Source of the DNA: an uncultured Acidobacteriota bacterium
GTDB lineage: Bacteria > Acidobacteriota > Terriglobia > Terriglobales > Acidobacteriaceae
Length of the DNA stretch: 64,000 nucleotides
NCBI GenBank assembly: GCA_963701925.1
Contig: CAVPBQ010000004.1
Span: 54,785 to 118,784, forward strand
Reading direction: 5' to 3'
Numbering within the stretch: the first letter of the stretch is position 1; each line of letters starts with the position of its first letter. A program made the translations under genes and the position numbers. Below the pieces are notes generated by a model. It saw nothing but the letters and a program-made list of their open reading frames with translations, ran no database searches and was not told the origin of the DNA. This document shows, in pieces, positions 1 through 9,404 of the stretch.

Positions 1-136
1 ATCGAATGACCAAAGATATTTCGCCACTGAAACAGTGCACTCCACTCGTCGCCGATGTCGCAGCATTGCTGTCGCAAGCGACAACGTTAATTCCGCCGCA
101 GTTTATTCCGCGCCCACCCACTTCACAACGCAAATG

Positions 137-167
137 AAAAGGCCACCCGGCAACTGGGCAGCCTTTT
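137..167. terminator. possible bidirectional intrinsic terminator hairpin
   Basis: AAAAGGCCACCC-GGCAAC-TGGGCAGCCTTTT: imperfect GC-rich stem flanked by an A-run and a T-run. Confidence 0.3.
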
Positions 168-401
168 CTTCAAGGGAGAATAGCTCCAACGGAGGCTTCA
201 GATTCCGTCAAAACTTTCTGCCGAAATCTTATGAGTCTAAAAACCGGGGTGTCAAGCGATTTTTCCGAAATAAATGCCTTTGTTTTCTTTAACTTACAAA
301 CTGAGCCAACATCGGGAAGAAGTGTGCAATTTTGAGACAAACGCCCCCTCAAAGTTGCCTAAGCCGCTATTTCTAATGTACTTACCCTCGTTCCAGCAGG
401 C

Positions 402-1691
402 TCAGGAAGCCTGCCGCCCACCCTCGGGACCACTCTCCGGGGGGATCTCGATGGTCTCGGTAATGATGGTCTCGGTGGCCGTTTCGGTGAGGTGAAGCGA
501 GATGAATTCCATATGCTCCGGGCGGTCGAACACTCTGTCGGGATACATGCGCTTCATCAAAATGCGGAAGCCTCCGAACGCCACGCCCGCAATAATCGCC
601 AGCCCCGCCAAAATTCCGCACAGGACCACGATGTTCAGAATCAGCATGTAGAGATCACGCACTTGCGTGCTCTCGGCCTGAGCGTTCCAGGTAACGCTGG
701 CCTCGTAATTCACCCGCCCCAGCAAAGTCTTGGCGTCGCTGGCAGACGCCGGCCCCGCCGCTATTGCCAGAATTGGCCCAGTGCGCTTGCTGCAAAAAGA
801 ATCCGCGCATTGAATCACGGAAACTCCTGGCTGCGACTGCGCTTCGTGATGCTCCGCTTCAATGCGATGCAGATGATCGGCGGCCAGCTGCGGCGTGGGA
901 TAGGAAATCAACATCAGTGTCGCTTCGCCGCTCGGAGTGTCGTAATTCGCAACACTCACCTCGGAACTCGCGCCGAAGTCCACCAGATTCGCCCCCACCA
1001 GCGGCGAAATCGCATTCAGCGCCAGCGGCCCCATGGCGTATTTCTGAGTGTTGGGAATGTAGTCGGCATGCGGCAGAAATGCGATAAAACTGGGCAAATT
1101 GCCTGCATTTCCCGTGGGCCGCGGCAAGTCTCCCGCCAGCTCGCGCAACTGCGCCGCGGACATGGCGCTCTGCCTGCTGAAAATGGCGTCCACCAGCACG
1201 GCCCCGCGATAGAACAAAACCCGCTGCCCCGCCGGCGAAATCAGCGATGCCGCCTGATCCCCTACCCGCTCCGGCTTCATCTCCGACTGCAGATAAAACG
1301 TGTACGCTCCGAATGCCCCCGAGGCATCGGCGAAGCGCGCCGCCCGAATCTTCAGCGTTCGCCCATCCTCGCTGGTGTAGGTGGATGAAGCGAAATCGGT
1401 AAAGCCATACTCCTTCAAAACTGCCCCATTAGCCTGGTCGGCCGCCGAAGGATCAGTGCTGGTCTGCGCCGCGCCCTGCATCTCCCATCCGCCAAACGCC
1501 TTCGGCAGAATCGCCCGCGAAGCCTCCGTGTTCAAAGCTCTTGGCATTTGCGCATGCGAAGCCGGCGGCGGCGCAGCGCTCTGCGCCCTAGCCACGGAAA
1601 CGAAAGCCAACGAAACGATCGACAGTCCGAGGCCCGCCAACCTTTGCAGGAAACGGGTTCGCACCAAGCGGGAAAAGTGTAGGCGCAGCAA
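402..1691 (-). CDS. hypothetical secreted protein with C-terminal membrane anchor
   Basis: 429-aa ORF. Signal-like N-terminus (LGLSIVSLAFVSVARAQ) and one hydrophobic helix near the C-terminus (LILNIVVLCGILAGLAIIAGVAFGGF). No family recognised by eye. Confidence 0.6.
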   Translation of the reverse strand: MLRLHFSRLVRTRFLQRLAGLGLSIVSLAFVSVARAQSAAPPPASHAQMPRALNTEASRAILPKAFGGWEMQGAAQTSTDPSAADQANGAVLKEYGFTDFASSTYTSEDGRTLKIRAARFADASGAFGAYTFYLQSEMKPERVGDQAASLISPAGQRVLFYRGAVLVDAIFSRQSAMSAAQLRELAGDLPRPTGNAGNLPSFIAFLPHADYIPNTQKYAMGPLALNAISPLVGANLVDFGASSEVSVANYDTPSGEATLMLISYPTPQLAADHLHRIEAEHHEAQSQPGVSVIQCADSFCSKRTGPILAIAAGPASASDAKTLLGRVNYEASVTWNAQAESTQVRDLYMLILNIVVLCGILAGLAIIAGVAFGGFRILMKRMYPDRVFDRPEHMEFISLHLTETATETIITETIEIPPESGPEGGRQAS

Positions 1692-1869
1692 GACTAAAGC
1701 GGACTCCTTATATTAATTAGACCACAGAGACCCCCGAAAAGTTTCCCCAGGCCCGCAAATGCCCGCCCCGGTGGCCTTTCGAAACGTGGTTACCATCGGG
1801 CAGCACACCACACATCGGAGCCATTCCCTGCCGCCGCCTTTCACGGCAAACTGTGTGTGGGTGGAGAAG

Positions 1870-2250
1870 ATGCGTTTGAAGGCTCTGGATAATAACAAGC
1901 GCCGCGGAAGCCGCACCAAGGCAGTGCTTCCAGTAAAGATGAAGGGGACCGACGTCTCCGGCGACGTGTTCGAAGAACTGGTGCACACCTTGGATGTAAC
2001 CGCGACTGGCGTCCGCTTGGGCTCGGTGCGGCGCGAACTGAATTTGATGGACGAAGTCACCGTCCTGTTCCGGCAACGCAAAATGACCTTTCGCGTGGTC
2101 TGGGTCAAGAGATTGAAGGGCACCTCCGAGTTTCAAGTGGGATTGCAAGCTGTAGCACATGATCGAGAAGCATGGGGCATCAACTTCGCCGAGCAGGAAG
2201 CAGTAGCCCGGCGCCGCCAGGATGCTATGCAGGCGTCAGGCTCGGCATAA
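1870..2250 (+). CDS. PilZ domain protein (putative c-di-GMP receptor)
   Basis: RRGSR ... DVTATGVRL fits the PilZ RxxxR / DxSxxG pattern. ATG at 1870 follows GGAGAAG; the longer ORF from 1759 has no SD. Confidence 0.6.
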   Translation: MRLKALDNNKRRGSRTKAVLPVKMKGTDVSGDVFEELVHTLDVTATGVRLGSVRRELNLMDEVTVLFRQRKMTFRVVWVKRLKGTSEFQVGLQAVAHDREAWGINFAEQEAVARRRQDAMQASGSA

Positions 2251-2290
2251 ACGTTCGCCATTTTGGAAAGGAAGATTAAGGAGAAAGTCG

Positions 2291-2470
2291 ATGCGAAACA
2301 AATTCTGTAATCCGTGGAAACAGTTATGGTCCGACGAGCAAGGTCAGGATATCGCCGAATATTCGGTGATGCTGGCGGTCATTCTTGTGATCGTGGTGGG
2401 AACCGTCCGCCTGATCGGCTCGAACGCGAACAACGTCTTCTCGAACGTTGGCAGCGCGATCGGCCAGTAA
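2291..2470 (+). CDS. flp: Flp family type IVb pilin
   Basis: 59 aa with EQG/QDIAEYSVMLAVILVIVVG, the Flp G-x-x-x-x-EY processing motif plus a hydrophobic helix. AAGGAGAAAG SD lies upstream of the ATG. Confidence 0.8.
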   Translation: MRNKFCNPWKQLWSDEQGQDIAEYSVMLAVILVIVVGTVRLIGSNANNVFSNVGSAIGQ

Positions 2471-2526
2471 GCTCTCGCAGCAAGCATCCCGGAGAGTAGT
2501 TTCGCAAGCACTACGCAGGCTGGACG

Positions 2527-2573
2527 CCCCATTTCCCATGCGCTCTCGCGCGGGAAATGGGGCTTCTTTTTTT
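2527..2573 (+). terminator. rho-independent terminator after flp
   Basis: CCCCATTTCCC (2527-2537) pairs with GGGAAATGGGG (2552-2562), followed by CTTCTTTTTTT. Confidence 0.75.
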
Positions 2574-2589
2574 ACTGTAAGTAGCGCAA

Positions 2590-2750
2590 GCGGGCCATGT
2601 GGAGCGGGCACTCCCGCAAGACCTTCCCACCAGCCACCTCCAAAACCTGGAACGGACGCTGCCAATCCCCGTAGTCGTTGATCAACCGGAAGTCGGGTGC
2701 CCCATTTCTCGCGCGTTCTTTGCGCGAGAAGTGGGCATTTTGCCTTTGCC
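2590..2750. repeat. composite of two short palindromic repeat families (D and E)
   Basis: GCGGGCCATGTGGAGCGGGCACTCCCGC recurs at 28034-28067. GGGTGCCCCATTTCT + hairpin recurs at 15001-15045. Confidence 0.6.
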
Positions 2751-2853
2751 CGACTCTAGGGTTTCTCTGCTTGATTCCCTTGCAGCCGTTATCGTAAGTA
2801 ACTTTCGCGAACAGCTCCGCCGAAGTAAACTCTTTTCGTTCATCGGAGCTGCT

Positions 2854-3702
2854 ATGCGCCTGCTGCGCCTTCGGGACGTCGAGATTGGCCCCAACGACCG
2901 CCTATTCCATCACGCCCGTCTGCGGGCCCTGATCGTCTGGCTCGCCGGATTCGCCGCCGCCACCGCCTTCCTCTTCCACGCCTACACGGCAAAGTGGCGG
3001 CCCGGATACTTCTTCGGTCCATTTCTGCTGCTCTTTCTGCTCTTGACGCTAAGGATGGTCACCGCGCGCTTTCATCCTTCCAATTGGCTCGTCCGGATGA
3101 ACGAGATGGGGATCTATGTGCAGTATCGTTCTTATCTGAACTACGAGCTGCCCGCCGATGACCCTTCAGTCGTTTTCCTTTCTTTCGGCGAGATCGCCTC
3201 GGCCCGACTCATCAAAGAGCGCGTCGAGACACGCGATATGGGAGACCCCAACCGCACGGAAATCCATTACCTGCGCTATATCGAATTTGAGTTATCCGGC
3301 GATCTCGCGCCGCTCGCCGACGCGTTGGGAACCGAGCTCGGCGAACAGGCCCCGACGAAAAAGCACTGGTATGGCTCCAGCTCAACTCTTTACCAGGATT
3401 ATCCAGTCGCAATGTCCGGTGCGGCGAGCATTCGCATACATTGGGACGTGGTGCCGGGCACACACAAATTTCTCGAAGCCCTGCGCCCCTACGCGGTCAT
3501 CGCCGATCCGGTTTCCTTAAAGCAGGATTTCGCGCACCTGAAATCGCTCAGCCGTGAAGAACAGCAACTGCAACTCCGCAAACTCGTCGCCCGCGGACAG
3601 GACATGACAGCCGTGTACGCCGCCCGCAAACTCTACGGCGGCAGCCTCGGAGAAGCTAAGCAGATGGTGGATTCTCTGCGCCAAAACAAAGTACCGCAGT
3701 AG
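2854..3702 (+). CDS. hypothetical membrane protein with L7/L12-CTD-like C-terminal tail
   Basis: ATG at 2854 lies downstream of the repeat block. Two hydrophobic helices (LIVWLAGFAAATAFLF, FFGPFLLLFLLLTL). C-terminal MTAVYAARKLYGGSLGEAKQMVDSL. Confidence 0.5.
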   Translation: MRLLRLRDVEIGPNDRLFHHARLRALIVWLAGFAAATAFLFHAYTAKWRPGYFFGPFLLLFLLLTLRMVTARFHPSNWLVRMNEMGIYVQYRSYLNYELPADDPSVVFLSFGEIASARLIKERVETRDMGDPNRTEIHYLRYIEFELSGDLAPLADALGTELGEQAPTKKHWYGSSSTLYQDYPVAMSGAASIRIHWDVVPGTHKFLEALRPYAVIADPVSLKQDFAHLKSLSREEQQLQLRKLVARGQDMTAVYAARKLYGGSLGEAKQMVDSLRQNKVPQ

Positions 3703-3987
3703 CCCCCTGAATCCTGTTTCGTGGCAAGCGCCAGGCGCCTCATTCTTGCCCTCGGCGGGGTCGAAGGGTCTCGTGCGCGGATCTGAGTAAAGGAAGCCGC
3801 GAGAATTGAGGATTTTTGACTTCGACCCCAGCAGCGCAAGTAAGAACTCCGTTCGCTGTCCCCCGAAAGTGTCGCTCGAGGGTCACCCTCAGACCGACCG
3901 CGTGACTAACGCCTGATATCGCGATTTCTCACCAATTGTGCCTTACTGACCTGCAAGAAATGCGGTCAAGCGCGTATCTACGTTAGA

Positions 3988-4590
3988 ATGTGCGAAAGTA
4001 CGCTCTTGGAGGTTCCTGCCTTGCATTGTTGCAAAAAAATTCTGCTTACGACAGCGCTTCTTGTACTTGCTGCGTCGATTTCGGTGGCTCAGGAGTCATA
4101 CCATGCCCCTGACCCCAACTTGATGGCTCGACTTTCCTATGAGAACTCCCGTGTTGTGGAGGGGGGAACTGTGCGTCACGTCTGTGTTGCTGTATCTCGT
4201 GATGGCGAATATCGAATCGTGCGGTCGTTGGATAACGGCCAGACGCAAAGGTTACATGGGAAGATGCCGAAGGAAGACCTTCGCCAGTTAACCAAACTGC
4301 TTGGAGCGGCTGACTTCCGAAATCTGTCTGGGGATGGTGGTGGTCTGATTCGCCAGGAAGCGGAGATTTTTATGGTGGAGATTCTCGAACCTGAAGCATG
4401 GCACTTGCAGTGGTTGAATGCAGACGGTGAAAACCCATTTCCAGCTTCGGTTTTCAAGCTGATTGATTGGCTACAACGTTTCCAACCTAAAGATGGAAAG
4501 TCGTTCGAATACGCTGAGTACCCAGATGTTTGTCCCGCCGGAGGACTTCGTTTACTGCAACCATCCGTAGCTGAAAACTCGCCCCGCTGA
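3988..4590 (+). CDS. hypothetical secreted protein
   Basis: 200-aa ORF with signal-like KKILLTTALLVLAASISVAQE. Visibly more AT-rich than its neighbours. Start uncertain. Confidence 0.45.
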   Translation: MCESTLLEVPALHCCKKILLTTALLVLAASISVAQESYHAPDPNLMARLSYENSRVVEGGTVRHVCVAVSRDGEYRIVRSLDNGQTQRLHGKMPKEDLRQLTKLLGAADFRNLSGDGGGLIRQEAEIFMVEILEPEAWHLQWLNADGENPFPASVFKLIDWLQRFQPKDGKSFEYAEYPDVCPAGGLRLLQPSVAENSPR

Positions 4591-4705
4591 GTTCTTCGAG
4601 GATGTGCTCGACGGGTACAACTGGCGCTATCGGGCCTTAGGCCCATTGAGGGTTGTAACTGAGTCCGATACCCACTTCGACAACGAATTCCGGCATCGAG
4701 ATTGC

Positions 4706-6964
4706 TTACTGTCCGGCGGCCTTGTCGAACTTGCTGGCGACCTTCACGCCGCTGAGTCCATCCACATATTTCGCGATGCCGCGGTAGAGCGACTCGGCAA
4801 TCTTCTGGCGATACTCGCTCGTCTCCAAATGATGTTCGTCGCCCGGATTGCTGACGAACGAAATCTCGGCCAGAATCGACGGCATATTCGCGCCGATCAG
4901 CACAATGAATGGCGCTTTCTTCACGCCCCGGTTGCGGATCCCGGGACTCTTCGAGGCCAGCCCGCTATGCAGCGATGCCTGCACATCGCCGGCAAATTCC
5001 CGCGACTCTTCAATCTTCTCTTTCAGCGCGATCTTCTTCACCAGGTCTTGCAGCTCGTAAATTGATTTCTCCGAGACTGCATTCTCGCGCGCCGCAACTT
5101 CCAGCGCCTCGGGCGACGAAGTGAAATTCAGATAATAAGTCTCAACTCCCCGCGCGGCCGGATCGTGGCTCGAATTGGCGTGAATCGAAATAAACAAATC
5201 GGCCCGCTGCTGGTTCGCGATCGCAGTGCGCGTTTCGAGCGGAATGAACGTATCGTCCTTGCGCGTGTAAACCACCTCCGCGCCCATACGCGTCTCCAAC
5301 ATCTTGCCCAACCGCCGCCCCACTTCGAGCACCAGATCTTTTTCTTCCAGGCCGTTAGGCCCAATCGTCCCGGTATCGTGACCGCCGTGCCCCGGATCGA
5401 TAACGATCTTCCCAATCTTTAGCCCCAGCGCGCGAATCAGCGAACGGTCACCGCTGGCCGTGGGCTTGGCCTCATGAATTTCCGGTTCGTCCGAGTTGTC
5501 TGCAGCAACTTTTTCATTCGCCCTGTCGCTAGTGTCCGCATGCGAGGAAGCTTTTTTCCGTCCGTGGCCGACGTGTGCAGCTGTGTCGTCATCATCATTG
5601 TCGACCACAACCTTAGTCGGAGCCGGCGTCTCCCGGCTCAAATCCACCCGCTTCGGCAAATCCGTCGCCCGCGTCTTCGACGACACAATCGCCGGCTTGG
5701 GAATAACTTTCGCCCCCTCGCCGCCGACGTCCTCGCTGCTCACCGGAGCCTTCCCCGCCTCCGCACGCAAATCTTCTTTCGCCAGTGACTCCGCGTCGGC
5801 AGCGGTTTCCGCTTTCGTCTCGGCGGCCGAATCATCTGATCCACCCTTCGGCGGCGCCGCCACATCCGCCGTGGCCGCTTTATCTTTCGGAAGCGAAGCG
5901 TGGGCACTCTTCTTACCGTGGATATCGATAATCAGCCGGTAAGGATTGGGCAGCAGAAACGCGTCGTAGTCCGAGAGATCATCCACTTCCAGCACAACAC
6001 GCGTGCGCCCCGGCTGAAACTGCGCCACCCGAATCTTCCTCAGAAATCCGTCATCCACATCGAAGCTCTTGCCCACGAGCGTCGACGCCAGCTTCGTGCC
6101 CCGCAGGTCGAAAAAGATGCGGTCCGGCCCGGAGATGCGCTGCGATCCGAATTTCACGTCGCTCTCCAGATCAATGGCAACGCGCGTGTAATCCGGCGTC
6201 GACCAATGCCGAATCCCCGTCACGCGCGGCATGCGATTCGAATTACGATCTGAATTGTGGCCTGAATTCCGGTCCGAGTCACGAGAAGACTCCTCCTGCG
6301 CCAGCGACTGATCCGCGTCCTTCGACGCCGAGTCCTTCGCCGTCTTGTTCTTGTCAGCCCCGCTCTTGTCGCTTTTCGCGCTTTTCGCAGCTGCGGTCTT
6401 CTCCGCCTGGGCATCGCGATCCAGTTCCGCGATTGCTGACTGCGCATCTTCCACCAGACGGTTGTGCGGATAGCGTTGCAGAAATTCCTGGAAGACAGTC
6501 CGTGCCTGCGCCGGATCGTTCAGATCATCTTTATAGATTTCGCCGATCGTAAACAGCGCGTCACAGCGGTACTTGCTGCCCGGATATTCCTTGCGCAGAA
6601 ACTTGTATTGCCCGATGGCGCTCTTCAGAATTTTGTCGTCATCGAAGCGCCGTCCCATCTCGACCAGCATTTCGGCGACGGCCACGACACTGGGATCGGC
6701 TTTGGCCGAGGCCGGCGCCCCGTAGTAAATGCCGCGGTAGGCGTTGATGACGCGCTGGTAGTCCTGGCGGGTGCGATCCGTCTGCGAGCGGCCGTTCAGC
6801 GCCTCGCGCATGCGTTCGGCGCGAGAGAAGTGGTCGCGCGCCCATGACTCGTTATGATGAGATTCGCTGTGATGCGCCCGGGCAAACGCCGGCACCGCCG
6901 GGAGCGCCACCAGCAACAGCAGCGCCGCCCAGCCCAATCTCCACTGGCTGGATGATCTTTTCAA
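4706..6964 (-). CDS. N-acetylmuramoyl-L-alanine amidase (Amidase_3) with N-terminal TPR-like and AMIN-like regions
   Basis: C-terminal IVIDPGHGGHDTG ... DLFISIHANSS ... VLIGANMPSILAEISFVSN is the Amidase_3 signature. A long low-complexity linker and an N-terminal signal peptide are present. Confidence 0.9.
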   Translation of the reverse strand: MKRSSSQWRLGWAALLLLVALPAVPAFARAHHSESHHNESWARDHFSRAERMREALNGRSQTDRTRQDYQRVINAYRGIYYGAPASAKADPSVVAVAEMLVEMGRRFDDDKILKSAIGQYKFLRKEYPGSKYRCDALFTIGEIYKDDLNDPAQARTVFQEFLQRYPHNRLVEDAQSAIAELDRDAQAEKTAAAKSAKSDKSGADKNKTAKDSASKDADQSLAQEESSRDSDRNSGHNSDRNSNRMPRVTGIRHWSTPDYTRVAIDLESDVKFGSQRISGPDRIFFDLRGTKLASTLVGKSFDVDDGFLRKIRVAQFQPGRTRVVLEVDDLSDYDAFLLPNPYRLIIDIHGKKSAHASLPKDKAATADVAAPPKGGSDDSAAETKAETAADAESLAKEDLRAEAGKAPVSSEDVGGEGAKVIPKPAIVSSKTRATDLPKRVDLSRETPAPTKVVVDNDDDDTAAHVGHGRKKASSHADTSDRANEKVAADNSDEPEIHEAKPTASGDRSLIRALGLKIGKIVIDPGHGGHDTGTIGPNGLEEKDLVLEVGRRLGKMLETRMGAEVVYTRKDDTFIPLETRTAIANQQRADLFISIHANSSHDPAARGVETYYLNFTSSPEALEVAARENAVSEKSIYELQDLVKKIALKEKIEESREFAGDVQASLHSGLASKSPGIRNRGVKKAPFIVLIGANMPSILAEISFVSNPGDEHHLETSEYRQKIAESLYRGIAKYVDGLSGVKVASKFDKAAGQ

Positions 6965-7067
6965 ATCGCCGACCCGTTAACTGTCCTGATCGCCGTTAAT
7001 GTTGAACCGCTAAAAGGTGCCTGAGAGATTAAGTAAAAGACGCCTGGTGTAACAGATGCCGTAGACC

Positions 7068-7931
7068 CTAGTCGGTGTTGCTGATGTAAAGCACGCCGCG
7101 CGCATCCCGTTGAACCTTCACCGGTTCGTGCGATGCGCCGGTGGATGAAAAATCAAAGCCGCCATAGTAAAGATTCGTGATCCGGCGGACATAATTCTGC
7201 GTTTCGGCATAACGCGGCACGCCTGCGCTGCGCGCCACCGCTCCCGAACCCGCGTTATAAGCGGCCAGGGTCAGGTTCACGTCACCGCCATAGCTTTCCA
7301 GAAGCTGCTTCAGATGCCGCACTCCCGCATCCACGTTCTGTTCCGGATCGAACGGATTCTTCACGTTCAACGACCGCGCCGTGGCCGGCATCAGCTGCAT
7401 CAGCCCCATCGCGCCCTTGCGCGAAACCGCATTGGAATTGAAATTCGATTCCACCTTGATCACCGCCCGCACCAGGTTTGGATCGACATTGTGCCGCGCC
7501 GCCGCCATCACAATCGACGCGTCCACTTCTTCCGGCGAAGCCTGATGCCCGTGGGCATTCGCGGCCACGATCTTCGCATTCGCCGACTGCGCCGACTCGC
7601 GCCCAAAATATTGGCTGACTTCCGCGGCCGCCGAACGCGCCGCCTGCATCGACGCCGCATTTGCCGATGCCACCGGCTTCCAGCGATTTTCCTTGGAACT
7701 CCAGTACACCAGATTCGTGCGCTTGGGCTGTGCAGCCTGCGCCTGCCGCGGCTGCCCCGGAGCCGGCTCATTCACATAAACTTTGCGGCCATGCTCGTCG
7801 GTGGTCGCAATCAGTTCCGTGCGCTTGTCGCTTTCGCTGGCCCACGCGCGAAAATAGGCAGAGGAAGAAAAGGAGGTCGCGACCGCCGTGCTTGCCGTCA
7901 GCATCAGTGCGAGTTTCAGGCGCTTGCGCAT
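7068..7931 (-). CDS. lytic transglycosylase (SLT domain)
   Basis: VIKVESNFNSNAVSRKGAMGLMQLMPATA ... AAYNAGSGAV. Confidence 0.9.
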   Translation of the reverse strand: MRKRLKLALMLTASTAVATSFSSSAYFRAWASESDKRTELIATTDEHGRKVYVNEPAPGQPRQAQAAQPKRTNLVYWSSKENRWKPVASANAASMQAARSAAAEVSQYFGRESAQSANAKIVAANAHGHQASPEEVDASIVMAAARHNVDPNLVRAVIKVESNFNSNAVSRKGAMGLMQLMPATARSLNVKNPFDPEQNVDAGVRHLKQLLESYGGDVNLTLAAYNAGSGAVARSAGVPRYAETQNYVRRITNLYYGGFDFSSTGASHEPVKVQRDARGVLYISNTD

Positions 7932-8251
7932 ATCCGGGCGTTTTTCCCTTTCACTGAACCTTCGCCAGAAGAATGATCTCCCAAGACAAACTTCACCCCT
8001 CTCGCGAACTACCCGGAACCTGACGGAGAAATCCTAACCAGAGTAGGACGATTATAGGCGGCAGGGAATAAGCCGACAATCTTCCAAAAGGGAGTAGAAC
8101 CACCGAAGTAATCGAGGTAACCACCTGAAAATATGATTGTTAAAGTTCGGCCAGAAAGCCAGTCCGGGCGGGGGTAACCCAGCCGAAGTTACCGTTTTCC
8201 GCCTGGAGGCGTTTATCTGCGAGACCGGACTCTAGTCAATGATCGCAATGG

Positions 8252-8259
8252 GGATTTTG
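8252..8259. repeat. target-site duplication (left copy) GGATTTTG
   Basis: An identical 8-mer directly abuts the other IS end at 9405-9412. Confidence 0.8.
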
Positions 8260-8281
8260 GGTAGTGCCTCAGTTTGAAATC

Positions 8282-8497
8282 TCATCCTGTCGCGTGCGAA
8301 GACCAAGCCAAGAAGATCAGGAAGGCCAGCAGTATACCGCCGAGCACGAAAGAGGTTATCTTTTGACGGCGTAACGCACGCCTATTTATTTCGATGGACT
8401 CTTGCTGGTTCTTGAGCGCCTCTTTGTAATTCTCTACATGGAGTTTCTGTAAGTCTCTGATCTCTTCCAAGAGTTTAATCACTTGTTCGTCAGCCAC
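8282..8497 (-). CDS. small coiled-coil, tail-anchored membrane protein (passenger ORF inside the IS)
   Basis: 71 aa. GTG start follows GGAGGA by 5 nt and overlaps the transposase stop by 8 nt. C-terminal TM SFVLGGILLAFLIFLAW. The ORF ends 4 nt before the IR. Confidence 0.45.
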   Translation of the reverse strand: MADEQVIKLLEEIRDLQKLHVENYKEALKNQQESIEINRRALRRQKITSFVLGGILLAFLIFLAWSSHATG

Positions 8498-9332
8498 GGT
8501 TTTCCTCCGTTCGTTTCTTGTAAGGGCCGCGCGGCTTCGGTGCTGGTGTGTAACGGTCGGCCATCATTACGATTTCCTCAAGACTCCACACATGGTCGCT
8601 CAGGCCGCAGGCCATCGCTGGGGTGATCCTTAGCGTCTTGTGGATTCTGGCGAAGTTGTAGTGTACAGCGTAGATCGCAACCATTGCCGCGTGATTCTGA
8701 ACTTTTTTGCTGAAAGCATTCGTCAAGCGGGTGAACCGTCTCATGCCCATTCTCATGCTCAGGTTGTGGCGCTCCACATAAGACGTGCTTACATGCTTGG
8801 GGTCAGGATCGCCGCTCACCGTTTTCATTTCGCAGCCGATGCAGACTGCCGGAGAGTAGCGCGTGTCATTCTCTGCTGGAGCACCGTAAATTTTCTGGAG
8901 CATTGCGTAGTCAACGTCCGCTCCGAATGCGGTTTCGACTGCCTCCAGATACGCCTTGTGGCCGTCAGTCGTGACCTGCACGCGGCCTTTGATCCGGGCA
9001 GCACAGTCCAGCATAAATTCCATTGCCCAGTTCGCGTCACGTCCGCCAACCAGATAGCTCACACAGAGCTTCGTATCCGCATCCAGCCCCGTCCACGTCC
9101 ACGTATCGCCCCATCCTTGCGCTTTCTGCTCCAGCGTTACGTTCTTGGCTTTGGCCCCTACGAAGCACCAAATTTCATCGCATTGCAGGCGGCGCACGCG
9201 CACGTTCCTAACCTGCTCATCGTGGAATTGCTCACAGGCCGCTCCCATGTCCACTAGCAGCTTGGTTACGGTATTCAGGGAAACATCGGCCATTCGCGCA
9301 CAGGAACGTAGGCTGTTTCCCTCGACCATCAT
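8490..9332 (-). CDS. IS1 family transposase
   Basis: CDEIWCFVGAKAKN, TTDGHKAYLEA and ERHNLSMRMGMRRFTRLTNAFSKK parallel E. coli IS1 InsB motifs ([47 protein letters not shown]). N-terminal HTH NSLRSCARMADVSLNTVTKLL. Confidence 0.9.
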   Translation of the reverse strand: MMVEGNSLRSCARMADVSLNTVTKLLVDMGAACEQFHDEQVRNVRVRRLQCDEIWCFVGAKAKNVTLEQKAQGWGDTWTWTGLDADTKLCVSYLVGGRDANWAMEFMLDCAARIKGRVQVTTDGHKAYLEAVETAFGADVDYAMLQKIYGAPAENDTRYSPAVCIGCEMKTVSGDPDPKHVSTSYVERHNLSMRMGMRRFTRLTNAFSKKVQNHAAMVAIYAVHYNFARIHKTLRITPAMACGLSDHVWSLEEIVMMADRYTPAPKPRGPYKKRTEENRG

Positions 9333-9404
9333 TCCCAGAATCTTTGCCCGTTCGGAAACTGTCAGGCGGTTCTAGCCTATGAAAATTCAAACTGAGGCAC
9401 TACC

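Larger units (their letters stand above)
8260..9404 (-). mobile_element. IS1-family insertion sequence, 1145 bp
   Basis: 19-bp perfect terminal inverted repeats GGTAGTGCCTCAGTTTGAA (8260-8278, reverse complement at 9386-9404). 8-bp direct repeats flank it. The internal transposase has IS1 InsB-like motifs. Confidence 0.85.

Noticed and set aside
175-265. tRNA-like start GGGAGAATAGCTCC
   Set aside because: No D-arm, anticodon-arm or T-arm pairing can be drawn and there is no TTCGAAT-type T-loop. It is not a tRNA.
6220-6330. Repetitive DSDRNSGHNSDRNSN-coding stretch in the amidase linker
   Set aside because: This is protein low-complexity within a clearly intact ORF. It is not a DNA-level repeat element or a frameshift site.
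7981-8220. Possible c-di-AMP (ydaO-type) riboswitch upstream of cell-wall genes
   Set aside because: Fragments such as GCGGGGGTAACCCA, GGGGTGAAG (minus strand) and CCGTCAGG recall ydaO blocks. However, they lie on different strands and in the wrong order relative to the consensus I remember. I cannot build the pseudo-symmetric fold. Only a covariance-model scan (Rfam RF00379) could revive this idea.
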